From positions 124,001 through 188,000 of the forward strand of contig NIVC01001569.1 in the NCBI GenBank assembly GCA_002269645.1: a stretch of DNA of 64,000 nt, in the 5' to 3' direction. Shown in pieces: positions 1 to 29,820 of this stretch. The notes beneath the pieces are model-generated. The model saw only the letters and a program-made list of their open reading frames with translations. It made no database searches and was not told the origin of the DNA. How positions within the stretch are numbered: the stretch's first letter is position 1; each line of letters opens with the position of its first letter. This stretch comes from Macrostomum lignano (Eukaryota). Both the position numbers and the translations under genes were made by a program.

Positions 1-310
1 GGGAGGGTAGAGAGGGGAGGGTAGAGAGGGGAGGGTAGAGAGGGGAGGGTAGAGAGGGAAGGGTAGAGAGGGGAGGGTAGAGAGGAGAGGGTAGAGAGGA
101 GAGGTATAGAGGAGAGGGTAGAGAGGGGAGGGTAGAGAGGGGAGGGTAGAGAGGAGAGGTATAGAGGGGAGGGTAGAGAGGAGAGGGTAGAGAGGAGAGG
201 GTAGAGAGGAGAGGTATAGAGGAGAGGGTAGAGAGAGGTTGATAGAGAGGGGAGGAAGAGGGCAGGTAGCGAGGGGAAGGTAAAGAAGGGAAGTAGAGAG
301 GGGAGGGAGA
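1..310. repeat. GA-rich ~13-bp tandem repeat (gagggtagagagg)
   Basis: Direct inspection. Confidence 0.9.
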
Positions 311-563
311 GAATGAGAGGAAGGCCAGAAGGAAGACAGAGCAAGCATGAATGTCTGCTGATATTAGAAAGTCTCTTGAAGAAAGATAATTAAATAGTTT
401 GAACTATTGTTAGCAATGACTACTAATACATCGCCATATCCGCAGGCAATCATCACCATCTTCAATTGCAATAAAACATCAAATTTCAGACAGGAAATCC
501 AGACAGCTCCCAGTCACCGCTCAGAGCAAGCCTTCAACTTTGATTAGCTAATTGTCCGGACTC

Positions 564-17336
<16,773 letters not shown>

Positions 17337-18218
17337 TTGGTTAGACCTGGTTGCTAGGTTACAGTGTTGGGTTTATAGTGTTAGGTTAATTATGCCGGGT
17401 TAGACTGGATAGAATAGCTTAGATTAGATACGATGCAATATAGATTTATAACCGCGAAGTCGACGAGGAATTCCCACGGAAATTCCATGGGAAATCCTTG
17501 AAATGAGCATGAAAGGAATTGGCCTTGCTTTGCATGAAAGCTAATTTAACCACTTTTTGATCTTTTTTCGTATCAAACACAATTATGCACACGCAATTGT
17601 AGATGTAAACAATTAATTCAAGCGAATAAAATAACCCAAGTAATATTCATAACAACAATTTTGATTCTTGTGCCTATATGCTTGTGACAGTATAATCGGA
17701 TTACCATTTGATGTGCCACCGCTTGCATGCATCAATTTTTCTTTAATATCGTTGCAACTACGCTCGTATTAAAATTTCATCTGCCTTACATGTATTCCTC
17801 TTTGTGCAAGATCTTGCTCTCTTCAAATGTGTTTAAAGCTCACTTCGTGTCGTTTCCAAGTTAAGCACGCTTAACACTGCTCCATTCTATGAAATAATAT
17901 TTTGACAGTTAGTATTTACTCGTCAATACTATTAATATCGAATTTTTAGGTGCATAATGTAAATTTAATAATTATACATTATGTACTAAAAATAAGTTAA
18001 CCCACTAAACCAAGCTATTCATTACCTCTGCAATGTTTATTTCAAAAGTACGTGTAGAACTTGCATACATGTAGAGTTTTGATAGACATGATTTTAATTT
18101 AGACGCGCGAGCATTAAGTCAAATAAAGCTAAGAATGGTGCAAATATTCATTTAAACAAATAAGTCCGGCAAAAGTAGCTAACTTAAACAAAACGATTAA
18201 TTCGCTTAACTCCGACAG

Positions 18219-18383
18219 GTTCGAGTCGTCAACGCATTTCGCATGGGCCTGGAAGCGGAGCTGGACAGGCGCTCCATCAGTTCGAGTTTGTCGTCGAATC
18301 AGTTGGCCAATTTTCTAAAAAGCAATCCGTCTGTAGATTACGACGATCACCAAGCCGAAATTATCTGTCCGCCGGATGTTTAA
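18219..18383 (+). CDS. PMCA: PMCA alternative terminal exon b (54 aa: VRVVNAFRMGLEAELDRRSISSSLSSNQLANFLKSNPSVDYDDHQAEIICPPDV; isoform ~1190 aa)
   Basis: Acceptor tccgacAG ends at 18218. Phase 0 joins it to exon 15192-15383. It starts with RVVNAFR, the canonical second half of the PMCA calmodulin-binding domain. Stop TAA at 18381-18383, AATAAA at 18396. Too short to appear in the ORF track. Confidence 0.8.
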   Translation, partial: VRVVNAFRMGLEAELDRRSISSSLSSNQLANFLKSNPSVDYDDHQAEIICPPDV

Positions 18384-20809
18384 ACCTTTTTGATTAATAA
18401 ATTACAGCCCTTCAATTGACAGTTGACTAGGGTTGTGTTTTTATCAATATTATTAAACGCCTAGCTAATAGTTTCACGCCCTAAATAATTTTATAAAAGT
18501 GCAAAAACGACATTTTTAGTCATTTAAAGTAAAATTAAGCTGCAGAAATTGAGTTTATTTTTTTAGTAATAGTTATATTGCTTACGAGCGTACTTGGGTT
18601 AGCTAGCTTTGCTTTTGCTGTTGTTGCCGCGTTATTAATTATTTGAACACAATCTAGTTAAGTTCAAGGACTGCTCAAGTATAGAAGGACGGGATACTAC
18701 TTTTCTTGGAAAATTTTAGGAGGCCGGTTTTGCTGAAAAAAATACGTCTTCAGTTTTTCAAGGGGGTCTTCATTTTTCAGCACAACAATTGATAGATTTT
18801 GATAGAAATGAGACCCTAATGTTCATTTTTATTACGTCTTGCCTTTCCTAATTATAGCTCTATTAATATTCATAAGGCTTTTCGCTTTGAAAATTAGTAT
18901 TCTACAATCGTATGTTCTCCCACCACAGTTTATCGCATGTTAATCTTTGAAGGCCGGAAAAAATGAGTCAGATAGGAGCTTTTTACCCAGCAAAACAATC
19001 TACTGTTGCTGTTAGTAAGTAGTACGAGTGTATATTTTTAATTAAGCGGAGCTTACCTGTGTTTTTATCACCAGCGTATTTATTGCCAGCATACATTTAG
19101 TGCAGCTCGAAATATAAAAATGCTAATTTCTGTTATGGGTATTCATTAAGCCAAGTTAAGTATACTAAAATTATAAACAAAGACAACATCCTTTTAAGTT
19201 ATATAAAGCCTTCAAAATCTTCCAAGAAACCAAGTCTCTTTTTTACCTGCACAGTTAGTGGCCATTAAATGAACGACATGCATGGGCAGGAGTACAGTTC
19301 TATACATGCTGTTTTATTCCTTTTGAAAGGCTTTCTTGCGATACACAACATGTACTTGATAATTCAAACTAAAAATTACATTATGCATTCCCAATTCTCT
19401 GTAGTCTTTTGTGTTTCTGTTGTCAGCATAGCTTGTCGAATATTTGAATTCATAATTAAAGTGTAGCCCTTTATATCTTACGAATTATATATCATTTTTC
19501 CACCACAGTTCAGCAGGCATTGCTAAGGCAATAACTATAGATAAAATTTAGTATTTACCAACCAGCACTCAAAAAAATACTCTGAACTATAATTTTTCTT
19601 CTAATCAAAACTTATTCCAGCGTTCAGTGAGAGCATAATAATTTTTTTTCCTGAAAACAAATGCAGGTTTCGCGCTTTCGCATATGACCACCTCTTATTT
19701 TAAAGTGCGCAATTTATCAAAATAATCTAGCATTACATCATATGTCGGTCCAAAATTACCTCACTCATCAATTATTTAATTGTTAGTCCTGAATAATATT
19801 TTTAATTTGCTGCAGTAATGCAAAAAATAAACAGTAAAATTATACCAACTGGCAGAGCGTAATCGTCTTGCAGCACAACAATAGTAATTCATGATTGAAT
19901 GTTGTTTCTGTGGTTTATATCCTATGGAATAGACATAATACATAATTATCTGGATCTTTTTAAGGTTTCGTTAATTTTCTCTGAAAAGCAATTCGCAGAC
20001 TTACATGCGAGTGTACATGCATATAGATGCTCGCTCCTTAAAACTATAATTTTATCTTTGAAAGCATGAAAGCACAAGTGGGATGATAGCACATTCATTG
20101 AGAAAAAATACTTTAACTGTAAGCTTCAGAGAGAAGTTGCGGTTGAGAATTCAACGTAATCGAAAACAATTGAAACTTACTGCACGTGCATTTTACAGTT
20201 TACATATAATATTCATTAAATGCTGAAAAGCACGCGAAGCAATCAAAGCATGTAAACTATTGGGTAACTATTTTGCCCAACAAGTGTTGACCAATGCTAA
20301 GTTATGGACAACTTTTTCTTTAGCAAACTTACGCGTTTTAAAATTCTAATATAGCACTAACTTAGGTGACCTTTGCACCTAACTCTGTTTGATTTTATGC
20401 AAAATATATTATTGTAAAAAATAAACAAATTTTCTTTTCTTTAGATAGAGTTAGAGGTTTTTATTTACAATCAATTTTAAAGATAGCGTTTTTTATTTAC
20501 TTTTATTATCTGTTTTTAGAAAAGTCCTAATTTCATAATATTTACAATTTTTTTAATTCCTAAATAGAACCTCTGTAAAAAGGAATTTGTAAAGCTTTAA
20601 AAAATGTAGACACCAATTGGAGCCGAGTATCGAGTCGAGCCTTGGTGCGTACATCGAGTAGCTAGTCGAGAAATGTCGAGCGAGTAGTTTGCACATTTTT
20701 TATGCAGCATTTTCTAAAGTCACACTGTCATAGTGTCATTTCAATTCATACGAAGATTTATAATTATATGAAAATTGTATCATGAAACATTTTTTTATAT
20801 TAATATTAT

Positions 20810-21626
20810 GGCAGTGCTTATTTAGCCGGCACCGGTCGAATAAGTTTGCTACTATTTAGCCGGCACCGGCCGAATAAGCTCGTCACTATTTAGCCGGCAG
20901 TCCTGCCCCACTGCCGGTCAAATAAGCTCGTCACTATTTAGCCGGCAGTCCTGCCCCACTGCCGGTCAAATAAGTGCGTCACTATTTAGCCAGCAGTCCT
21001 GCCCCACTGCCGGTCAAATAATTGCGTCACTATTTAGCCGGCAGTCCTGCCCCACTGCCGGTCAAATAATTGCGTCACTATTTAGCCGGCAGTCCTGGCC
21101 CCAATGGCCACGCTGGTCAAAATACATTTATACATTTTATAACTGCGCACTGCTCGTCATGACCTTAAATTAATAATTTAACATACACAAGCTAATTATT
21201 TATCCGACAATTTTGGAGTTTTTTGATTCAGAGATTAAAGTGAAAGTAAAACATGCATAATTAATTTTTTTAATTGTTAATGTGTCTTCTGCTGCTACAA
21301 ATAATTTCCGGAATATGCAAGACTTCCAGAAACAATTAAACAAACTTGAAGGCAAGTAATAAATTGTACTGAATCTGCATTGATTTATATTCGCTTTACC
21401 TATACTTTGTATTGCCCAAAGTTTAAATATCTCAAATAAATATATATATGGGTGTGGCCATTGGGGGCCAGGATTGCCGGCTAAATAGTGACGCAATTAT
21501 TTGACCGGCAGTGGGGCAGGACTGCCGGCTAAATAGTGACGAGCTTATTTGACCGGCAGTGGGGCAGGACTGCCGGCTAAATAGTAGCGAACTTATTTGG
21601 CCGGTGCCGGCTAAATAAGCACTCCC
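20810..21626. mobile_element. Non-autonomous foldback/Mutator-like (MULE) DNA transposon, 817 bp
   Basis: Ends GGCAGTGCTTATTTAGCCGGCACC and (reverse complement) GGGAGTGCTTATTTAGCCGGCACC. Long inverted arms are built from 48-bp subrepeats. Exact 9-bp TSD TAATATTAT at 20801-20809 and 21627-21635. Confidence 0.85.
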
Positions 21627-24600
21627 TAATATTATTTTATTTTTCAAATGTTTCATTATAAATCATTAAGACTGTAATCTGTTTGTACTTTGTACAGAAA
21701 CTCAGTACAGCTCATTTTGACCAAAAAGTGATTTATTTGTAAGCCCTATTTTTATACAGTAACTTTTTTGCTGCACCAAATTTTATGAGCTTAGTGTCAA
21801 TTTTTAGCATTTTTCTTAGGCCCCTAGCCTATAGATTATTTTGCATTAGTGCTTTGCAAATTAAAATTGATAGTTTTTCTTCTATTGGTTCATTCCATAT
21901 AAGATGGACATATTTGGAAAATAGAAAAAGTCAATATTTTGCGTGCCATTGCCTTATTAGCCTTTTTTATTTTACCAAATGTTTTTTATATGCAATATAT
22001 ACAATCTAAGAATAAAGGAATGGTAAAATGTTGGATTAGTATGTTATCAATTGGCAAAAAGTCATTTTTGTAAAAATTTGGACATTTTTCGAAGCAAAAG
22101 ACATCATTAAGATTTTGTACCTTTTAAAAACAAATAAAAAGCTTTTGAAGGTTGAAAAAACTATAGATAAAAGTATAGTACTTACATCATCAGATAAAAG
22201 CATTGGGGACCAAATAATCTATTATATTTTTAATGTATTAGTACCTCAAAGTTACTGAATTGACAGAAAAAAATATGTTACAACCATAATGTTACAACCA
22301 TAAGGCTGCCTTTTCTTTTGTATCTTTGTTGCCTTTTGAGTGTATATATTCTAATAAAAGAGTATGACTTCTAAAGATGTTCTTAGTCAAATTTAAAAAA
22401 AAAAATTATTGCAAAATATCAAAAATGAAAAATGTTAAAAGACTTTTACCTTTTAGTTTCTATATGTCAAAAATCCTGTCATTATGACCATAAGTGTCAT
22501 TTAAGGTTTAATAGCATCTATACTAATGATGATATCTATATGAAACTCTATAAATATATTCTAGACAAAATAATCTTTCATTCAAAATATTGGTTTAGTA
22601 AATGCTATTATTAGATTTCATTTTATAAGTAAAAATAGCCTGTCATGTTACGACCATGCTTATATGGAATGAGCCTATTCTCAAAATAATGAGGTGCCAT
22701 AAATGGAATTTTTATCCTTAGACCACTATTATTCCATTTTTATCCTTATATAGATCATCTAGGTGCAATGCCAAGCCAATCTAGCTATCTGGCAAGTGGC
22801 CTAGCCAAGTTAAGTTGCAAAAATGCCCATCTAATTAGTACTCTAAATTAGGCCAAGAGTACTAATTAGATGACAAGGTATTTACTCTTGCCATTTACCC
22901 AAACCATTGGGTTATGGGAAGATCTGGCAATGAGAATGAGATCATTGTTTCCTCTTGTTTGTATGCCATTTTGAATAATAAAACAGAAGAAAAAAATTAA
23001 ACATATAAAAAAAATTAAACAAAAGTTTTGCTCTCTTGCAAAAAATAGTAAAAAATGCTCATTTTTCTATTCTCAGTAGCTTTATAAAAAAACTTCAAAT
23101 GCAAAAAATTCCAATACGGGACACTTTACACACAAACTGATTATTGCATTGTATTTAGATATGAAATCTATGCTAGAAACAGCTTTCAAAACTTCATTGC
23201 TTCTTTTCCATAATGAAAAAAGCTATTTTTAAAATTGATTATAGACATTTAGTGCAAGAACTACAACCTGAGAAACTGCTCTATAGGAACACCTTTTTTG
23301 GATGTAATAATTGCAATTAATACACTCCATAAGGCCCTGTTTGAAACCAAACACATTGAATTGTTGCTATTGTTAGAAGGGTTTGAAAAAAAAACAAAAT
23401 TTTGACTAGCCAAATAGAGACATTAGTAAACATTTTTTCTTGGTATTTCATCCTAGAACACACTTTAATTGCTACTCTACTTATATCTGGTCTTTATTTG
23501 TGTTTAAATGGGCTTAATTTACTGTAAATTTCAATTTTCCAAAACATAAGTTTTTTAAGTTGCATCCTCACTTTGGTTTTTCTACCAAAAAGTAGCCTAA
23601 CTTCCATCTAACATAACTTGGCTTGTGTTGCACATTATAAGATAGTTTAAAAACTATTGTGTTCCATTTTTTGTCTAGTTTGCAGTGTATATTTTGGTTT
23701 TTTCTTGTTCATTTGCATATTGGCTCCATTTCAATTTTACGATAGGCATTATTTTACATTTTCTAGACTTTTGGCCCTGTTTTTTAGCTTGTTGGAGTCC
23801 TTACAATAGCACTAAGTTGTCTAGCCAAGTTGTGACCAAAAATGACATCCACATCTCTAGGAATATCCAGCCATTGTCACAGCTTGTTAGTTGGCCAAAT
23901 TCTTATACAAAATCTAGGTAAAGAAAGCAATAATATTTCTAGTATTCCATTTAGTTTTTTTGTATATAGGCCTAAAAATACGAAGAAATGCACAATGATA
24001 CAATTGATATAATTATTAAGAAATAAAACTGCCATGGCCTATGGCCCATGTTGAAAGTTCATTGCCATACTGCCATACTCTGGATCATGTAGTATGCGGC
24101 CAAAAATTTGGGCATGCATTGGCCTTGCACAGTTCGTGTGCATCACTCCTCAGAAAATAGTATGTATGCACACCTGGCATGTACTTTATAGAATCACATG
24201 TAAGAGTTATTGTGAAGTAGATAAAAAATGAAAAAAGTTAACTTTTAAGAGTAAATTTTAAGCTTTCTGTTTTTTTCAAGCTCATAAAAAAGCATTTAAA
24301 CAAATCTTTGCATGTATTGATTTTTTGCTCTAAATAGTATCACCAAAAAGCATAAAAATCAACCAAATTATGTGCTAGTAAGGGTCTATCATGCAATTTA
24401 AAAAAGGTCATTTTTTGTCACATTCACACATTGCAAAAAAGGTCATTTATTGATACAACACTAGCATATTTTTGAGAATGGGCATGCACTAATTTATTTT
24501 GGCGTGCATTTGCAATTATTCAATTTTTGTTCGGGCATGCACCTAGCATGATCCGGACTATGGCCATACTGATATTTCCTACGTTGAAATACATATTTAT

Positions 24601-25481
24601 CAAATATTATTTATATACAGACCCATTAAAAATAGGCCTCAAATTCTTAACTTAACCTAAGCAAATTTTTTAACAATAAAGTTCTCTTCTATAAAAAAAT
24701 ATTTTACTTTTTTTTCAATTTTAAGTTTTATATTCATGGCTAAATAAATAGATACACAATTGGCTATCACATAGAAAGTGCATCTATATTATTATTTGTT
24801 ATATGAGACTAAACAAATCACTAAATTTGAAAGAGTTTCTATTACACTTTTCAACCATGACAAAATTCTGCAACAAAAGTTAGACAAATTCTGTTACTTA
24901 TACTACTGTATATCTAAGTACTAGTATATATTGCAGTATGATGTCAATTTTAATTTATATTCAATATCAATCAGCATATGTGCAATCCATTTCTAGTTGC
25001 AAACTTTTTGTCTATAGTTAAAAAATAAAAGCCTAGAGATTTGGGATTCCAGTTTCAGGTTTAATAGCAATATATTGGCTTACTGTGTTAACTTAGTACT
25101 CTTCAAACTGACATTGCTCTACTTAACTCAAATCATATCTCTAAGACAAATACTTTGAAATAAGATTTATTTTTAAGAAGAGATTAACAATTTTACTAAC
25201 AAGGAGATACAATTGATACTAATGCGAATGGAGAATTAAATAATTGAAAGATTAAATTTCTATCTGGATCAGCACTTAAATAACTTACTATAAAAATCCT
25301 TGCTGAAAAACTTTTCATTCTTTCCTAACTTTTTTTTCAGACCTGATGTCACTATGCCTTCTTGTGCCTACTAAAATTGCTTGGAAGATAGTCTTAAATT
25401 GGAGTTGTTACATTTTGACTTTATACTACTAATAATGCTTTAGAAGGTATAAACTGATTTTTTTGCCCACGACTGTGCCAA

Positions 25482-28400
25482 ATGTCAAAGCCGTTCAGGC
25501 AGAAACCAACTGGCAGCTCACAATTGCCCGATTGGCACTGCCGCCAGCAGCCCTCTGTTGCCCTGGATGCTGATAAAGCATCCGATTCTGCTGCTGTCAA
25601 CTGTTGTTATGGAAATTTTGACGAAACCCAAGTGAATTTGGTGTCCTCTACCACCAGCACACTGATGCAGGATTTGCACAAGTGAGTGGTAAACTCTATT
25701 ATGAACATTTTTTCTTGTGCTTGACTAAATCTTGTTGCTATTCACCAGAGAAAAATCATTAAGCTATCACGTGCACAACTGCATCACCACCTGTTGAAAT
25801 GTGAGCCACTCTCAGATCCTCCAGTTGTAAGGCCAGCTTCCCAGAGTGTCAGTTGCTGGGCCAGCCTCCCAGATCTTCAGCTGCTGGGCCAGCCTCCCAG
25901 ATCTTCAGTGCTGGGCCAGCCTCCCAGATCCCCAGTTCCTGGGCCAGCCTCCCAGAGTATCAGTTTCTGGGCCAGCCTCCCAGATCCTCAGTTGCTGGGC
26001 CAGCCTCCCAGATCCTCAGTTACTGGGCCTGCCTCCCAGATCTCAGTTACTGGTCCAGCCTCCCAGATCCTCAAATTGTCAGTAGGATGCCCTGCCCAGA
26101 TCCTCAAATTGTCAGTAGGATGCCCTGCCCAGATCCTCAAATTGTCAGTAGGATGCCCTGCCCAGATCCTCAAATTGTCAGTAGGATGCCCTGCCCAGAT
26201 CCTCAAATTGTCAGTAGGATGCCCTGCCCAGATCCTCAAATTGTCAGTAGGATGCCCTGCCCAGATCCTCATTTTCAATGGATTACCATCTCAAAAGAAA
26301 GCAGTTCAATCGATCGCCAATGTACTTATCATGCGCCCGACTCGCGCAGCATGCCAACGCTGACCTCAACGGAGTTCGCCGCTGCACACCCGCGCCTGGC
26401 CGGCGAGATGAGCCGGGTTCGCGGCCACCCGCTCTACCCCCTGCTGAGCGGCCTGCTGATGCGCTGCGAGGCCCTGACCGCCGGAGCCAGCGTGGAGACC
26501 GGCCGTCAGGCCCTGGCAGCCGAGACGGCCGCTTTCGCTGACAGACATCAACGAGCTGCTGCGTCAGTAGCGGAGGCTGATGATGACGCTGAAGCAGATC
26601 AAACCGACGAGGATGAAGAGGAATTAGACGAGCTCATGTCCGAAGCGGTGCGAGTGCTGGCTATTCACCTGACTGAGCTGGACAAAGTTGAGGAATTGTG
26701 CGGCGACTTTTGCCGAAGATATATTAGCACTCTGCAGGGCGGGTCCCGGCTGGCAGACTGTCTGTGCCTGGGTGAGTGTAAAGCTTGCTATAGGTCGATG
26801 GATATGATACATAGAAGATCTTTAGCCAGTAACACACCACCATAGTGACAAGAAACACATCACCAGAGTGGCAAGAAACACATCAACAGCGACAAGAAAA
26901 ACATCAACAGCGACAAGAAACACATCAACAGCGACAAGAAACTCATCAACAGCGACAAGAAACAAATCACAAGAGTGACAAGAAACACACCAGAATGATA
27001 AGAAACACACCACCAGAATGACAAGAAAAACATAAGAGTGACAAGAAACCCATCACAAGAGGGACAAGAAACACCAGAGTGACAAGAAACACACCAGTGT
27101 GACAAGAAACACACCAGTGTGACAAGAAACACACCAGTGTGACAAGAAACACACCAGTGTGACAAGAAACACACCAGTGTGACAAGAAATACACCAGTGT
27201 GACAAGAAACACAGCAGTGTGACAAGAAACACACCAGTGTGACAAGAAACACACCGGTGTGACAAGAAACACACCAGTGTGACAAGAAACACACCGGTGT
27301 GACAAGAAACACAGCAGTGTGACAAGAAACACACCGGTGTGACAAGAAACACAGCAGTGTGACAAGAAACACACCAGTGTGACAAGAAACACACCGGTGT
27401 GACAAGAAACACACCAGTGTGACAAGAAACACACCAGTGTGACAAGAAACACACTGGTGTGACAAGAAACACACCAGTGTGACGAGAAACACACCAGTGT
27501 GACAAGAAACGCACCAAAGTGACAAAAAGCACATCAACATCGACAAGAAACACACCGTTAGAGTGACGAGAAACGCATCACCAGAGTGACAAGAAACACA
27601 TCACAAGAGTGACAAAAAACTCGCCAGAGTAGCGAGAAAAACGCAAAATATTAGGGACGTTTTAAATTTCTTCAAAAAATTGATGTGTAACAGTGTAGAC
27701 TTGACCTCCATTGTTATCGCCCGCAGACTCGATGCCAGATTCTCCAACCTCTTCTGAGCCCGCAAGTCCCAGCCTGCAGCAGCAGCATCATCATCCTCCA
27801 CGCCAGCAGCATCAGCTGCAGCCTCCGAATTTGTTGGAATCCAGCCCCTGTATAAAATCATCGCCAAGTCCCCCTTCGATGTCGCCGATTTTACCGCCAA
27901 CTCTGTCTCGCATGCCGGATTCCGGGGCTGGGGGCGCCGCCTGCGGCAGTGAAGAGTCGTCAGACAGCGCCAATCGGAGCGGCGCCCCAGGCAGAGGCGT
28001 TCGAGGCGCTCTGCCTAAACGGGCTACTCAAATTTTGAAACAATGGCTATTTCAGCATCTTGTGGTAAATATCATCGTGCCTCTGTTCTCCATCTGTGCA
28101 CTATTAAAAATTATTTTTTGTTGGTGGGTGGGTAGCACCATTCATTCAGAAATGTTCAGGATTTGGTGTTTTATGGCGTGACTAAGAAATTTCTCAAAAC
28201 TAAGGGGATTTGTAATATGGGGATTCCCGATTCTACACTTAGAAAATCCTCGGGGAATCTCCGATTCTACACTTAGGAAATCCTCGGGGAATCCCCGATT
28301 CTAAACGCTATGGGAATCCTCGGGGAATCCCCGATTCTAAACGTTATGGGAATCCTCGGGGAATCCCCGATTCTAAACTTTATGGGAATCCTCGGGGAAT

Positions 28401-29147
28401 CCCCGATTCTAAACGTTATGAGAATCCTCAGAGAATTCCCGATTCTAAACGTTATGGGAATCCTCGTGGAATCACCGTTTCTAAACTTAGAAATAGTCGT
28501 GGAATCCCCGATTCTAAAATTGGGGAATCCTCAAGGAATCCCCGGTTCTAAAATCGGGACTCCTCCGAGAGTCCCAATTTGTACCGGATCATATGGTAAT
28601 CCCAGATTCTCTGTTAAATATGCTATAGCAGTTAATAGACTTCTCATGTATGACTAGCTATCTGTACCCCTCCCCCTGTGAGAGAAGCAATAAAGGAATT
28701 TATAATAAGTAATAGTCGATTTATTGTATCAATAAATATTAGGATTTTCGATAACAATACTGCTAGGCTGCGAAGCTTAGCAATAAGGCTTACTTATTCC
28801 CGCCGTCATCTACCCCATCTCAGCATCCTTACCCAAGCGAGGAGGAGAAGCGAACCCTCGCCAACCAGTGCTGCCTCAGCCTACTGCAAGTCAATAACTG
28901 GTTTATCAACGCGCGCAGGAGAATCCTGCCACCGCAGCCGGCCGTTCCAGCCTCTCTGTCCGGAGGAGATTCGGCCAGTTCAGAATCCACAGCGGCGGAC
29001 GAAGCGAAGCGGCATCGATCGGCCAAGCATCAGCAGCGACAGTTGGGCCGGTTCTGGCCGCTGTCTCTCGGCGGCGGAAGTAATAATGCAACTTCTAAAG
29101 CTGCTACTACTGGCAGTAGTTTGGCTGGCGAATCGTCTTCTGCTTGA
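25482..29147 (+). CDS. PKNOX: TALE-class homeobox protein, PREP/PKNOX subfamily (~427 aa, 4 coding exons)
   Basis: Exons 25482-25681, 26350-26771, 27727-28064, 28824-29147 with phases 2/1/0 consistent. MEINOX domain: [18 protein letters not shown]...[31 protein letters not shown]. Homeodomain [21 protein letters not shown]|[35 protein letters not shown] with the [23 protein letters not shown] and the downstream RFWP motif favour PREP over MEIS. Exon 1 is the least certain part. Confidence 0.9.
25810..26270. repeat. 28-bp (ccagcctcccagatcctcagttgctggg) then 33-bp minisatellite, PREP intron 1
   Basis: The 28-bp unit changes into cagatcctcaaattgtcagtaggatgccctgcc (6 copies). The same 28-bp family recurs at 55700-56130. 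Confidence 0.9.
26830..27620. repeat. 20-bp minisatellite (gtgacaagaaacacaccagt), PREP intron 2
   Basis: About 35 units, homogeneous in the centre. Confidence 0.95.
28220..28600. repeat. ~33-bp degenerate satellite (gggaatcctcggggaatccccgattctaaacgttat), PREP intron 3
   Basis: Same family as 29230-29820. Confidence 0.85.
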
Positions 29148-29229
29148 CGTCTATCGGGTTGTGGGTAATTATTTTCTCAGATAATTGCAGGGCTCATTCA
29201 GGACGGTTGCTAGAAATTATGTTAACAAT

Positions 29230-29820
29230 AATCCTAGGCAATCCTATTGGGAATCCCCGATTCTAACCTTGGGAAATCCCATGAGAATACTCGATTCTAA
29301 ACTAGGGGAATCCTAGTGGAATCCCCGATCCTAAACTTGGAAACTCCTGTATGCGAATCTCTGATTCTAAACTTGGGAATCCTATGGAAATTCGTGACTC
29401 CAAAATTAGGATAATCAGGGAAATCCTATTGGAATTCCCGATTCTAATCTTGGGGTATCCTAAGGGAATCTCCGATTCTAAACTGAGGGAATCCTATGCG
29501 AATTACCGATTCTAAACTGGGGTAATCTTATGGTAATCCCCGATTCTAAACTGTGGAAATCCTATGACAATCATGAATTCTAAACTGGGGGGATCCTATG
29601 GGAATAATTGATTCTAAACTGGGGGGATCATATGGGAATAATCGATTCTAAACTGGGGGAAATCTATGGGAATCACCGATTCTAAACTGGTGGAATCCTA
29701 AGGGAATCCCAGATTCTAAACCAGGGGAATCCTATGGTAATCCCCGATTCTAAACTTATGGAATCCTATGGAAATTCCCGACTCCAAACTTGGGAAATCT
29801 TATAGGAATTTCCGTTTTTA
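29230..29820. repeat. ~33-bp degenerate satellite downstream of the PREP stop codon
   Basis: gggaatccccgattctaaactgggg core repeated; same orientation as 28220-28600. Confidence 0.85.

Noticed and set aside
24072-24564. Possible MITE with imperfect TIRs (GCCATACTCTGGATCATG / CATGATCCGGACTATGGC) and CATACT flanks
   Set aside because: The TIRs are short and mismatched, and the apparent TSD overlaps the TIR sequence, so the boundaries cannot be fixed.
25853-26349. Repeat-encoded N-terminal extension in frame with PREP exon 2 (330-aa ORF)
   Set aside because: It has a non-ATG start inside an intronic minisatellite. A phase-compatible upstream exon (25482-25681) and acceptor (26349) explain the gene.
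28678-29184. 168-aa ORF over the last PREP exon
   Set aside because: It is in the wrong frame; the homeodomain (HPYPSEEEK...[10 protein letters not shown]) is in the frame starting at 28824.
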